17,028 nt of DNA from Campylobacterota bacterium (GTDB taxonomy: Bacteria; Campylobacterota; Campylobacteria; Campylobacterales; Arcobacteraceae), in contig JBNJFB010000049.1 of NCBI GenBank assembly GCA_051746405.1, positions 1 to 17,028 on the forward strand, in the 5' to 3' direction. The notes beneath the pieces were generated by a model. It searched no databases and had not been told where the DNA came from. It saw only the letters and a list, made by a program, of their open reading frames with translations. Of this stretch, positions 1-7,954 are shown in pieces (the stretch's first letter is position 1; every line of letters starts with the position of its first letter). A program made the translations under genes and the position numbers.

Positions 1-2289
1 TTCATCTAAAAACTCTTCATCTAGTATCATACTATTTTGTTGTCTATCTTTTTTATCTTCATAGGTAAAATCTTTACAGTATTGTGAAAGTACTAGGTAC
101 AATTGTGATGTATCTATTGGTTTACTTAAGTGTTCATTCATCCCTGCGTTTTGTGCTTTTTGTTTATCTTCTATCATCGCTGCTGCTGTTAGGGCTATGA
201 TTGGTATTTTTTTATCATAAACTCTTATTTGTTTTGTGGCTTCATAGCCACTCATTATTGGCATTTGTAAGTCCATTAGTATTACTTGATACTTATCTTT
301 ATTTTCTAAAAACTTATCAACTCCCTCTTGTCCATTTGATGCTATATCCACTTCTATTCCAATTTTTTCTAACATCATAGTTGCTACTTCTTGATTAATT
401 TCATTATCTTCCACAAGAAGTACTTTTATACCCTCTAAGAAGTCACTATTTGATGAGTTTGCTTCAAGTGATTTTTTTTGTTGGGACTTTTCCCAGGTAG
501 CTACTTGTAGCTTGATATCAAACTCTATTTTAGTACCAATATCCTCTTTACTTTGAACCTCTATATCCGAACCAAAAGCTTTTATAATATTTTTAGTAAT
601 AACTAAGCCAAGCCCTGTACCACCATATTTTCTAGTAGTTGATGTATCAGCTTGTGTAAAAGGTGTAAAAAGTTTTTGAAGTTGCTTGCTACTTATACCT
701 ATACCATTATCCTCTACACAAAAGTGAATTAGTGCAGTGGATTTGTCCACTTTATCTTTTAAAGAAATAGAGATTTGTACTTCACCTTTATTAGTGAATT
801 TTATAGCATTTGAAACAAGGTTTGTTAGCACTTGAGTTAGCCTAAGTTCATCTGCTACTATTAAGTTTGGAAGATTTGAATCCTTATCTATTTTTAACTC
901 TATTTGCATCTGTTTTGCTCTGTTTTTAAAAAGAGTTTCAAGGGAGGTTACTAAACTATCAATCTCAAACTCTTTATACTCAAGCTCTAATCTACCAGCT
1001 TCTATTTTAGAGTAATCAAGTATATCATTTATAATTCCCAAAAGAATTTTTGAAGAGTTATTTATTTTACTTACGATATCTTTTTGATTCTGATTTAACT
1101 GCATATCATACAGCATCTCACTAAGACCAATTACAGCATTCATAGGAGTTCTAATCTCATGACTCATATTTGCTAAAAACTCAGATTTTGCTTTGTTTGC
1201 TTCTTGTGCTTTTACTTTTGCTTCTTGTAAAATATTTTGGGCTTCTTTGATTTTAGTAATATCTTGATGGGTCCCACTCATAATCAAAGGCTTACCATCT
1301 TTATCCCACTTAGATACTTTTCCCCTATCAAGAACCCAAACCCAAGAGCCATTTTTATGCTGCATACGACTTTCACACTCATAATAATCACTCTTTCCTT
1401 CAATATGACTCATAATAAGTTCATTGCTTTGTTCTAAGTCTTCAGGGTGAGCAAAATCCATCCATGTGTTAATAGATGTGGGTGATATCTCATCAAGAGT
1501 ATATCCAACAATTTGTGCCCATCGTTCATTGAAGATAGTCTCACCTGTTTGTATATTCCACTCCCAAGTACCCACATGAGTACCCTCAAGTATATCAAAA
1601 AGTCTTTGCTTTTGAACTTGGATTTTTTCTATATTTTCAAGTAAAGATTGCCTTGCATACTCAAAGCTTTTTCCTAGTTTTCCAATCTCATCATCCATAC
1701 TCCACTTAAAACTCTCTTCTAATTCATTCTTTGAAAGCTTTTTTGCTTGGGTTGTAAGTCTTTGAATAGGTGAAATTATTTTTGTATATAGTGCAAATAC
1801 TAAAACCATAATACTAACAAACAGTTGAAAAATAAAAAGTATAACATAGCCACTAATAGTCTCTTTAAGCTTATCTTTCATAGCAAAATCAGAGATACCT
1901 ATTTTTAACTCACCTATCTTTTTATCTTCATTATAGATACTCTCTTTAGTAGTAAGAGTATTTCCTTTTTTATTATCTTTTTTTATATAAACAAAAAGCT
2001 GACCTGTTTGAGTATCTTTAACCTCCACAAAAACCAATCTCTTATCATCTAAAATAGGCGAAATAGCTTTCATAGCACTATCTTTTCTAAACTCCCAAAG
2101 AGGTATAGCAAGAGAAGAAGCAAGAAGCCTACTAACACCATTTTGGAATCTTTCTATCTCTTCTACTTGCTTTTGTTTTTCATTTTGTATTAAAGTATAG
2201 CTTGAGATAATAGTGGGAATAAGAAGTGCAATAAAAAGCACAATAACAACAAATGGCGTTAAATTTAAGTCTCTAAGTTTTTGCATCAT
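1..2289 (-). CDS. Hybrid sensor histidine kinase/response regulator (TM-periplasmic-TM-HAMP-PAS-HisKA-HATPase_c-REC), 3' end truncated by the window edge
   Basis: Not in the ORF track because there is no stop in the window; translated by hand in sampled segments, all in one frame. Starts ATG ATG at 2289/2286 (MMQKLRDLNLTPFVVI...), overlapping the upstream TGA. Two hydrophobic segments (~2200-2260, ~1790-1860). HAMP 'WSMDDEIGKLG'; PAS 'GTWEWNIQTGETIFNERWAQIVGY...HPED...HKNGSWVWV...GTHQDIT'; H-box 'KSEFLANMSHEIRTPMNAVIGL' (His codon 1159-1161); N-box 'QVLTNLVSNAIKFT'; G-boxes 'DNGIGI' and 'YGGTGLGL'; REC 'VLLVEDNEINQ...ILMDLQMPIMSG...IIALTA...HLSKP'. Confidence 0.95.
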   Translation of the reverse strand, partial: MMQKLRDLNLTPFVVIVLFIALLIPTIISSYTLIQNEKQKQVEEIERFQNGVSRLLASSLAIPLWEFRKDSAMKAISPILDDKRLVFVEVKDTQTGQLFVYIKKDNKKGNTLTTKESIYNEDKKIGELKIGISDFAMKDKLKETISGYVILFIFQLFVSIMVLVFALYTKIISPIQRLTTQAKKLSKNELEESFKWSMDDEIGKLGKSFEYARQSLLENIEKIQVQKQRLFDILEGTHVGTWEWNIQTGETIFNERWAQIVGYTLDEISPTSINTWMDFAHPEDLEQSNELIMSHIEGKSDYYECESRMQHKNGSWVWVLDRGKVSKWDKDGKPLIMSGTHQDITKIKEAQNILQEAKVKAQEANKAKSEFLANMSHEIRTPMNAVIGLSEMLYDMQLNQNQKDIVSKINNSSKILLGIINDILDYSKIEAGRLELEYKEFEIDSLVTSLETLFKNRAKQMQIELKIDKDSNLPNLIVADELRLTQVLTNLVSNAIKFTNKGEVQISISLKDKVDKSTALIHFCVEDNGIGISSKQLQKLFTPFTQADTSTTRKYGGTGLGLVITKNIIKAFGSDIEVQSKEDIGTKIEFDIKLQVATWEKSQQKKSLEANSSNSDFLEGIKVLLVEDNEINQEVATMMLEKIGIEVDIASNGQEGVDKFLENKDKYQVILMDLQMPIMSGYEATKQIRVYDKKIPIIALTAAAMIEDKQKAQNAGMNEHLSKPIDTSQLYLVLSQYCKDFTYEDKKDRQQNSMILDEEFLDE

Positions 2290-3023
2290 CACTTTTCTCT
2301 TATCTCTTTTAACTTTTGATTTATGACTTTTTCAATGGTTCCATTTTGTTTTAGTTTTTCAAAGGACTCTTGCCACTTTTTTACAATACTTTTATCTGTT
2401 TTTTTAGAAAATGCAATATAAAGAGGATACTCATAAAGTAACACACCTGTATTTTCAAACTCATTATAGTTTAGATTCTCTAAATTTACTCTATACCTAA
2501 AAGCATACTTCCCAAGAGTAACTAAATCTACTCTTCTATTTTTTAGATTATTTAAGTTTCCTATATCCCTAGAAAGAGTTGAGAGATTTTTAAAGCCTCT
2601 TTTTTTTAAAACCATATATGCAGCATTTGTAATAGGACCTGCATCAATAGTATCAACACTTTTAGCATCTTCTAAAGTGTTTATATCTACACTATTACTT
2701 TTATGCTTATATAAATATACTTCATCAGTAATAATAGGACCAACCCAATAAAACAAATCTTCTCTTTGTTTTATTCTTGCAGTTATAAAAAGAGCATGGT
2801 TTTTCTTTTTTAAGGTCTCTTCATAGGCTCTATTCCAAGGAATCAACTCTATTTTGCTACTATTTTTTACATCTTTTTGTATAAGTTTTACTATTTTTGT
2901 AGCTACACCTTTAAGTTCTTCACCATCTTTATAGTTCCATGGTGGATTATTTTCTGTATAGATTATCAAAGGGTGTCCATACAAAAAACTGCCCATTAGA
3001 AAAAAAAGTAAAACTTTTACCAC
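2289..3023 (-). CDS. Periplasmic substrate-binding protein, family 3 (amino-acid-binding type)
   Basis: GTG start, hydrophobic signal peptide, 'TENNPPWNY...G', 'PWNRA', 'REDLFYWVGPI', 'LYIAFSKKT', 'WQESFEKLKQNGT', all typical of SBP_bac_3-like proteins. Confidence 0.88.
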   Translation of the reverse strand: MVKVLLFFLMGSFLYGHPLIIYTENNPPWNYKDGEELKGVATKIVKLIQKDVKNSSKIELIPWNRAYEETLKKKNHALFITARIKQREDLFYWVGPIITDEVYLYKHKSNSVDINTLEDAKSVDTIDAGPITNAAYMVLKKRGFKNLSTLSRDIGNLNNLKNRRVDLVTLGKYAFRYRVNLENLNYNEFENTGVLLYEYPLYIAFSKKTDKSIVKKWQESFEKLKQNGTIEKVINQKLKEIREK

Positions 3024-3025
3024 AT

Positions 3026-3736
3026 CTATTCCTCTTTTAAATATTTTTTATAAATAGCTTCGTACTTACCACTTTTATGTATTTTTATAAGTTGCTCTTG
3101 CCATTTTTTTACTTCCATATCACTTGTATCTTTGTTAAATGCAACACAAAGTTCTGTACTATAAAGCTTTAGATTTGATTGTCTTAAATCACTTGTATCT
3201 AACTCTAAAGATTTAATAGCATAAGGAACAGCTGCTATTGCATCTATTTTATTCTCTTTAAGCTTCTTTACCATAACAGCAGTTGAAGAGGAGTGATCAA
3301 ACTTATTAAAACCTTTTTTTACTAGATACTTATGTACCGCAAAATCTTGTACAACTCCAATAGTCAAATCTTTTGCATCTTCTAACTTTTTCAACTCTAT
3401 TTTATTATCTTTTTTTAAAAAAAAGTAAACATCTACTTTAGTTAATGGACAAGCAAACTTATAGTTTTGGGCTCTTTTTTGGGTATAAGCCATAGAAAAA
3501 AGCACTGCTTTTTTATTTGAATCCAAAACTTTTATAGCTCTTGACCAGGGATATACACTAATAGTCTCATCTTCATAATCTAAGTTTTCAAGCACTTTTT
3601 GTACTACTTCTGTGCTAATACCTTTTAATTCACCATTTTTTGTGTAATTATAAGGTTTTAACTCTTCTGTCATTATAAAAAACTCAGATGCATATGTTGA
3701 AACTACAAATGATAATATTAATAATATCTTTTTCAT
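3026..3736 (-). CDS. Periplasmic substrate-binding protein, family 3 (paralog of 2289-3023)
   Basis: Signal peptide MKKILLILSFVVSTYA, 'TEELKPYNY..NGELKGIS', 'YPWSRA', 'VAFNKDT', 'WQEQL...SGKY'. Confidence 0.88.
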   Translation of the reverse strand: MKKILLILSFVVSTYASEFFIMTEELKPYNYTKNGELKGISTEVVQKVLENLDYEDETISVYPWSRAIKVLDSNKKAVLFSMAYTQKRAQNYKFACPLTKVDVYFFLKKDNKIELKKLEDAKDLTIGVVQDFAVHKYLVKKGFNKFDHSSSTAVMVKKLKENKIDAIAAVPYAIKSLELDTSDLRQSNLKLYSTELCVAFNKDTSDMEVKKWQEQLIKIHKSGKYEAIYKKYLKEE

Positions 3737-3760
3737 TTAATTACTCTTTCTATTTGATTT

Positions 3761-3766
3761 ATTATA
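3761..3766 (-). promoter_or_regulatory. Candidate sigma70 -10 box for the SBP-SBP-kinase unit
   Basis: TATAAT on the minus strand about 25 nt upstream of the ATG at 3736, in a 53-nt intergenic gap. The region is extremely AT-rich, so a chance match is possible. Confidence 0.35.
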
Positions 3767-3789
3767 TATTTTTTTATATATAATTTATA

Positions 3790-4209
3790 TTAAACTACCT
3801 TCAAAAAAGATGCTAACTTTTTATCAGTATTATTGATATGATTTACAAGCCAATTTGTTAAAAACTCAATTAACTCTTCTTTTTCTATTGGCTTACCTTT
3901 ACTTAACATATCTCTTATAGATACAACTTTTGCTGAAAAGTCACGGTGCTGCTTCATATGCTTTTCATAATCTTCATTATTATAACTTTTATAATCATGT
4001 TTTGCCATCATATCTTCTTCTGTTTCAAAGTGATAAAGTACATAGCTTAATAAATCTTTTGTAATTGATTCAAGTGTTTTAATAGAGTCATTCTCTTGAA
4101 GCTTTATATTTGCTTCATTGATTGTATTCACAAGTATTCTATGCTGCTCATCAATCTCTTCAATTCCTGTATTATAGCTATCTTTCCATACTATTTCATT
4201 ACTTTCCAT
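3790..4209 (-). CDS. Single-domain bacteriohemerythrin (non-heme di-iron protein)
   Basis: N-terminal 'W..SYNTGIEEIDEQH' signature and the complete di-iron ligand set H23, H60/E64 (HFETEE), H84/H88 (HMKQH), H124/D129 (WLVNHINNTD). Confidence 0.95.
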   Translation of the reverse strand: MESNEIVWKDSYNTGIEEIDEQHRILVNTINEANIKLQENDSIKTLESITKDLLSYVLYHFETEEDMMAKHDYKSYNNEDYEKHMKQHRDFSAKVVSIRDMLSKGKPIEKEELIEFLTNWLVNHINNTDKKLASFLKVV

Positions 4210-6340
4210 ACTGTTCCCTTTTTTCCAAGATTTTATTCACTACTGATTGTTGTTGTTTTATTTTTTCTATTTCATCTCTTATCTTATCTAAAATACCTAT
4301 AAGATTTTCACTTGCATCGTTAATCTCTTGTAGTTCATTTTTTGTTGCTACTCTATTTTGCTTTTTTATTCTCTCAAAAGTATTATAAGCTATATTATGT
4401 ATCTTTTGATGAACCATATCAAGCTCTTTTAATCTAGGTGTTAGTTTTAAATATTTGTCTGCATTTTTTTCAAACCACTTTCCAAACCTACAGCTTTTAT
4501 GATTAAGCTTATTTTTGGAAATATTTGGTGAGTTTTTACTAAGCTCTTTTGTTAACCATAAAACCCAATACTTATGGTTAGACTCAGCTAAAAGTAGTTC
4601 AAAGTCTGCTTTTGATGGAAGAGTATGTGTTGCTATTTTCCATCTTGGATCTGGTTTAAAATCTTTTATAAACTCTAAAATCCTATCAGGAGGCATTGGT
4701 CTAGCTATTGCAAAGCCTTGTATCTCATCACATCCCATCTCCATTAAAGATATTACCTGTTCAATATTTTGGGCACCCTCTGCTGTTACTGTTATATCAA
4801 AAGCACTAGCTAATGCTGCTATAGCTTGAACAATTGCCATATCTTCACTATTTTCAAGCATACTTGAAACAAAAGTCTTATCTATCTTTACTGTATCGAT
4901 ATTAAGTTCTTTTAAGTGCATCAATGATGAATACCCTGTACCAAAATCATCTAATGCAAAAGTTATACCCAAATCTTTACATGCTTTTACAATCTTGTTT
5001 GAATGCACTAAATTTTCAACTACACTTGTTTCAAGTATTTCAAACTCTATATATGAAAGTATCTCTAAATCAATATTTTCTATTTTTAAGATATTTTTTA
5101 ATTTACTAATAAAATCTTTTTGCTTAAACTGTCTTGGTGAAATATTTATACAAACTTTTACAAAAACTCCCTTATCTTGCCATTTTATAAGCTGTTTTAT
5201 AACCTCTTTTATTACCCATTCATCAAAACTATTACTAAGCTCTTCATCATTTTGTATTAGTGGCAAAAACTCCTCTGGTTGCATTAATCCTAAAAGAGGA
5301 TGATTCCACCGTGCTAAAGCTTCCACTTCTACTATCTGTGCAGAAAGTGAATTGATTTTTGGTTGATAATACAAACAAAAGTCATTATTTTGTAAGGATT
5401 TTTTAATCTTACTTAATACTTGATAGTTTGCTTTTATCTTTTGGTCAGCTGCAATATCAAAAAAACTAAACTTATTTTTACCACTGTTTTTTGATTTATA
5501 CATTGCAACATCTGCATGCCTTAGAAGTATCTCAGGTTCGACCCTATCTTTTGGATAAATACTAACCCCAATACTTGCACTAATAGTATCAATAGTATGA
5601 CCATCTATTAAGTATGAGGCTCGTATTGTATTTAAGAGTCTATATAGTGTTAAAGCACAATCATCACTTTTCTCTAAGTCAGTTAATATTACAACAAACT
5701 CATCGCCACCTAATCTTGCAACAGTATCATCTGCTCTTACTACTTGCTTCATTCTTTTTGAAACCTCAACTAGAAGAGTATCACCTGCTTTATGACCATA
5801 AGTGTCATTTAAAGCTTTAAACCCATCTAAATCAATCATACAAACAGCAGCAACTGTTTTACTTCTATTTGCATGGGCAATTGCATAATCTAATCTATCT
5901 GATAAAAGTAGTCTGTTTGGAAGATTAGTCAATGGGTCATAGTTTGCAATTTTTTTATACTTTAACTCTTCTTGCTTTAAGTGTGTGATATCTAAAGAAG
6001 TAGTAATAACACAGTCTAATTCACCATTGCTTTTTGCGTGATTAATGGAAGTTCTAATCCATTTTATTGAATCACTACTAACCATTTTTAGTACAATATT
6101 GTCTATTTCTTTATTTGATTCAGTACTTATATAAGTTGGCAACTCCTCTTTTTTTAAATATACATCATTTATATCATAAAAATCCCACTTTTCTAAAATA
6201 TCACTTAAGGTATTAATTCTACTTTCATCAATCCCATAAAGTAGTGATGCCTTATCATTACAAAAAAGCTTCTTACCCCTTTTATTCCATACTACTATAC
6301 TCTCTTGAACAGAGTTTAATATTTTCTTATCAAACTGCAT
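4199..6340 (-). CDS. PAS-GGDEF-EAL protein with C-terminal CZB (zinc-binding) domain
   Basis: N-terminal PAS-like region ending 'LDIT'; 'YDPLTNLPNR', 'DLDGFK..ND.YGH..GD', 'RADD...RLGGDEF'; EAL 'YYQPK', 'EALARW', 'DDFGTGYSSL', 'KIDKTF', 'AEG', 'QGF'; CZB 'NHKYW...HKSCRFGKWF...HQKIH'. Confidence 0.93.
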   Translation of the reverse strand: MQFDKKILNSVQESIVVWNKRGKKLFCNDKASLLYGIDESRINTLSDILEKWDFYDINDVYLKKEELPTYISTESNKEIDNIVLKMVSSDSIKWIRTSINHAKSNGELDCVITTSLDITHLKQEELKYKKIANYDPLTNLPNRLLLSDRLDYAIAHANRSKTVAAVCMIDLDGFKALNDTYGHKAGDTLLVEVSKRMKQVVRADDTVARLGGDEFVVILTDLEKSDDCALTLYRLLNTIRASYLIDGHTIDTISASIGVSIYPKDRVEPEILLRHADVAMYKSKNSGKNKFSFFDIAADQKIKANYQVLSKIKKSLQNNDFCLYYQPKINSLSAQIVEVEALARWNHPLLGLMQPEEFLPLIQNDEELSNSFDEWVIKEVIKQLIKWQDKGVFVKVCINISPRQFKQKDFISKLKNILKIENIDLEILSYIEFEILETSVVENLVHSNKIVKACKDLGITFALDDFGTGYSSLMHLKELNIDTVKIDKTFVSSMLENSEDMAIVQAIAALASAFDITVTAEGAQNIEQVISLMEMGCDEIQGFAIARPMPPDRILEFIKDFKPDPRWKIATHTLPSKADFELLLAESNHKYWVLWLTKELSKNSPNISKNKLNHKSCRFGKWFEKNADKYLKLTPRLKELDMVHQKIHNIAYNTFERIKKQNRVATKNELQEINDASENLIGILDKIRDEIEKIKQQQSVVNKILEKREQYGK

Positions 6341-7943
6341 TTATACTCACTTTGTTTCGTCCATTTTGCTTTGATTCATAGAGTAAATCATCCGCTTGTT
6401 TAAATGTCTCATCCATACTATTTATATCTCTAGCTTTTTCACAAATAAGTCCCATTGAAGCAGTAACATAAGAGCTTGCACTACTATATTCATGTGTCAT
6501 TTTAAGATTTTCGATATTTTGTCGTACACTATTTGCAAACGCTAAAGCTTTTTGTCTATCATCTGCTTTATAAACTATTCCAAACTCTTCTCCACCTAAC
6601 CTAAAGGCTAAATCATCTGCTCTTTTTAGATTCTGCTTTAGATACTGTGCAAACTTGATTAGCACATCATCACCTGCTTGATGTCCATAGTTGTCATTGT
6701 ACTGTTTAAAATGGTCAATATCCATCATCAAAAAACATACAAGCTCATCACTTCTACTTGCACTATTTATTATCTTTGGGAATACTTCATTAAAGTGACG
6801 TCTATTAAAAATATTAGTTAAACCATCTGTAATAGAAATCTCTTCTATCTTTTTTTTGTCAGTTATATCAAGTCTAATTGCATAATAACCTTTTATTTTA
6901 TTCTCATTATTAAATATAGGCTCTAAAATAGCATCTACCCAATAATAATCCCCATCTTTCTTAAGATTTTTAACTTCCCCTCTCCATGTTTTACCCGCTG
7001 TAATAGTACTCCACATATCTTCATAAAGCTCTTTTGGCATATCAGGGTGTCGAAGAAGCCTATGGTTTTGTCCTATAAGTTCATCTTTTTTATATCCACT
7101 TATTTTACAAAATGCTTCAGATACACTTATAATAGTTCCATCTATATCAGTTGATGAAGTTATCACATAGTTTTCTATCATACTTTTTTTTGCTAAATTA
7201 TCACTATAATGTTTCTGTTCTAAAAAAAGATTTATTAGCTTAAACTTTAGCTCCTCTTCTAAGATAGGTTTTTGAAGTAAATCAGATACACCATGCTTAT
7301 AAAAACTTATTTTTATAGTTTCATCTTTTTGTGAAGTTGTTATTAGCAAGGGTATATTTGCACTTTTTGTATCTTTTTTAACTCTTTTTACAAACTCTAA
7401 GCCATCCATATTATTCATATGATAATCACATATAATAACTGAAATATCTTCATGCTCTTTCATAGTCTCAAGTGCTTGAATACCATCTTTTGCAGTTAAT
7501 ACATTTAGAAATATTTTTTCAAGCATACCTTTTATAATACCTAAAGTAGCATCTGAATCATCAACTACTAAAACTTTTTTATATGAGCAATACTCAACAG
7601 CCTCAATTATTTTTGTTATATATTTTATTCCATTTGCATCTTTAAATACATAATCTATTATATTAGGATATTTTTTATTCTCTAAAAGCTGTGATTCAAC
7701 CTGTGAACTAAAGATAATCGTAGGAATACTGTATGAAGATAAAAGATTTAAAATCTCAGTTCTTTTTCCATCAAATAAATTTAAATTTGTAACTGCAATA
7801 AAAAACTTATGGTTTTCAAAAAGCTCTTTTGACTCTTGAATCGACTTTGACACAAAAACCTCCATACCAAGCTCTTTTGATAGAATGCTTTTAAACATAG
7901 AGATTACAACATTTGAGTTATCTATTATAATTATTTTCTTCAT
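6330..7943 (-). CDS. Response-regulator diguanylate cyclase (pseudo-REC - REC - PAS - GGDEF)
   Basis: Two receiver folds ('IIIIDNS...VTNLNL' and 'VLVVDDS...IICDYHM...LQKP'); Aer-like PAS 'NHRLLRHPDMP...MW.TI..G..W.G..KN..KDG.YYWV'; 'DGLTNIFNRR', 'DIDHFKQYND.YGH..GD', I-site 'RADD', active site 'GGEEF'. Confidence 0.93.
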   Translation of the reverse strand: MKKIIIIDNSNVVISMFKSILSKELGMEVFVSKSIQESKELFENHKFFIAVTNLNLFDGKRTEILNLLSSYSIPTIIFSSQVESQLLENKKYPNIIDYVFKDANGIKYITKIIEAVEYCSYKKVLVVDDSDATLGIIKGMLEKIFLNVLTAKDGIQALETMKEHEDISVIICDYHMNNMDGLEFVKRVKKDTKSANIPLLITTSQKDETIKISFYKHGVSDLLQKPILEEELKFKLINLFLEQKHYSDNLAKKSMIENYVITSSTDIDGTIISVSEAFCKISGYKKDELIGQNHRLLRHPDMPKELYEDMWSTITAGKTWRGEVKNLKKDGDYYWVDAILEPIFNNENKIKGYYAIRLDITDKKKIEEISITDGLTNIFNRRHFNEVFPKIINSASRSDELVCFLMMDIDHFKQYNDNYGHQAGDDVLIKFAQYLKQNLKRADDLAFRLGGEEFGIVYKADDRQKALAFANSVRQNIENLKMTHEYSSASSYVTASMGLICEKARDINSMDETFKQADDLLYESKQNGRNKVSINAV

Positions 7944-7954
7944 TTTTAAACCTT

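Noticed and set aside
1237..1437. Plus-strand 66-aa ORF
   Set aside because: Antisense shadow of the histidine kinase PAS region; no motif or RBS.
3761..3784. AT-only inverted repeat (ATTATATA...TATATAAT) as a terminator
   Set aside because: The stem has no G-C pairs and is expected by chance at this base composition.
4096..5820. Several plus-strand ORFs (4096, 4122, 4515, 4924, 4995, 5614)
   Set aside because: All lie antisense to well-supported hemerythrin or GGDEF-EAL genes and show the F/S/L/I-biased composition typical of shadow frames.
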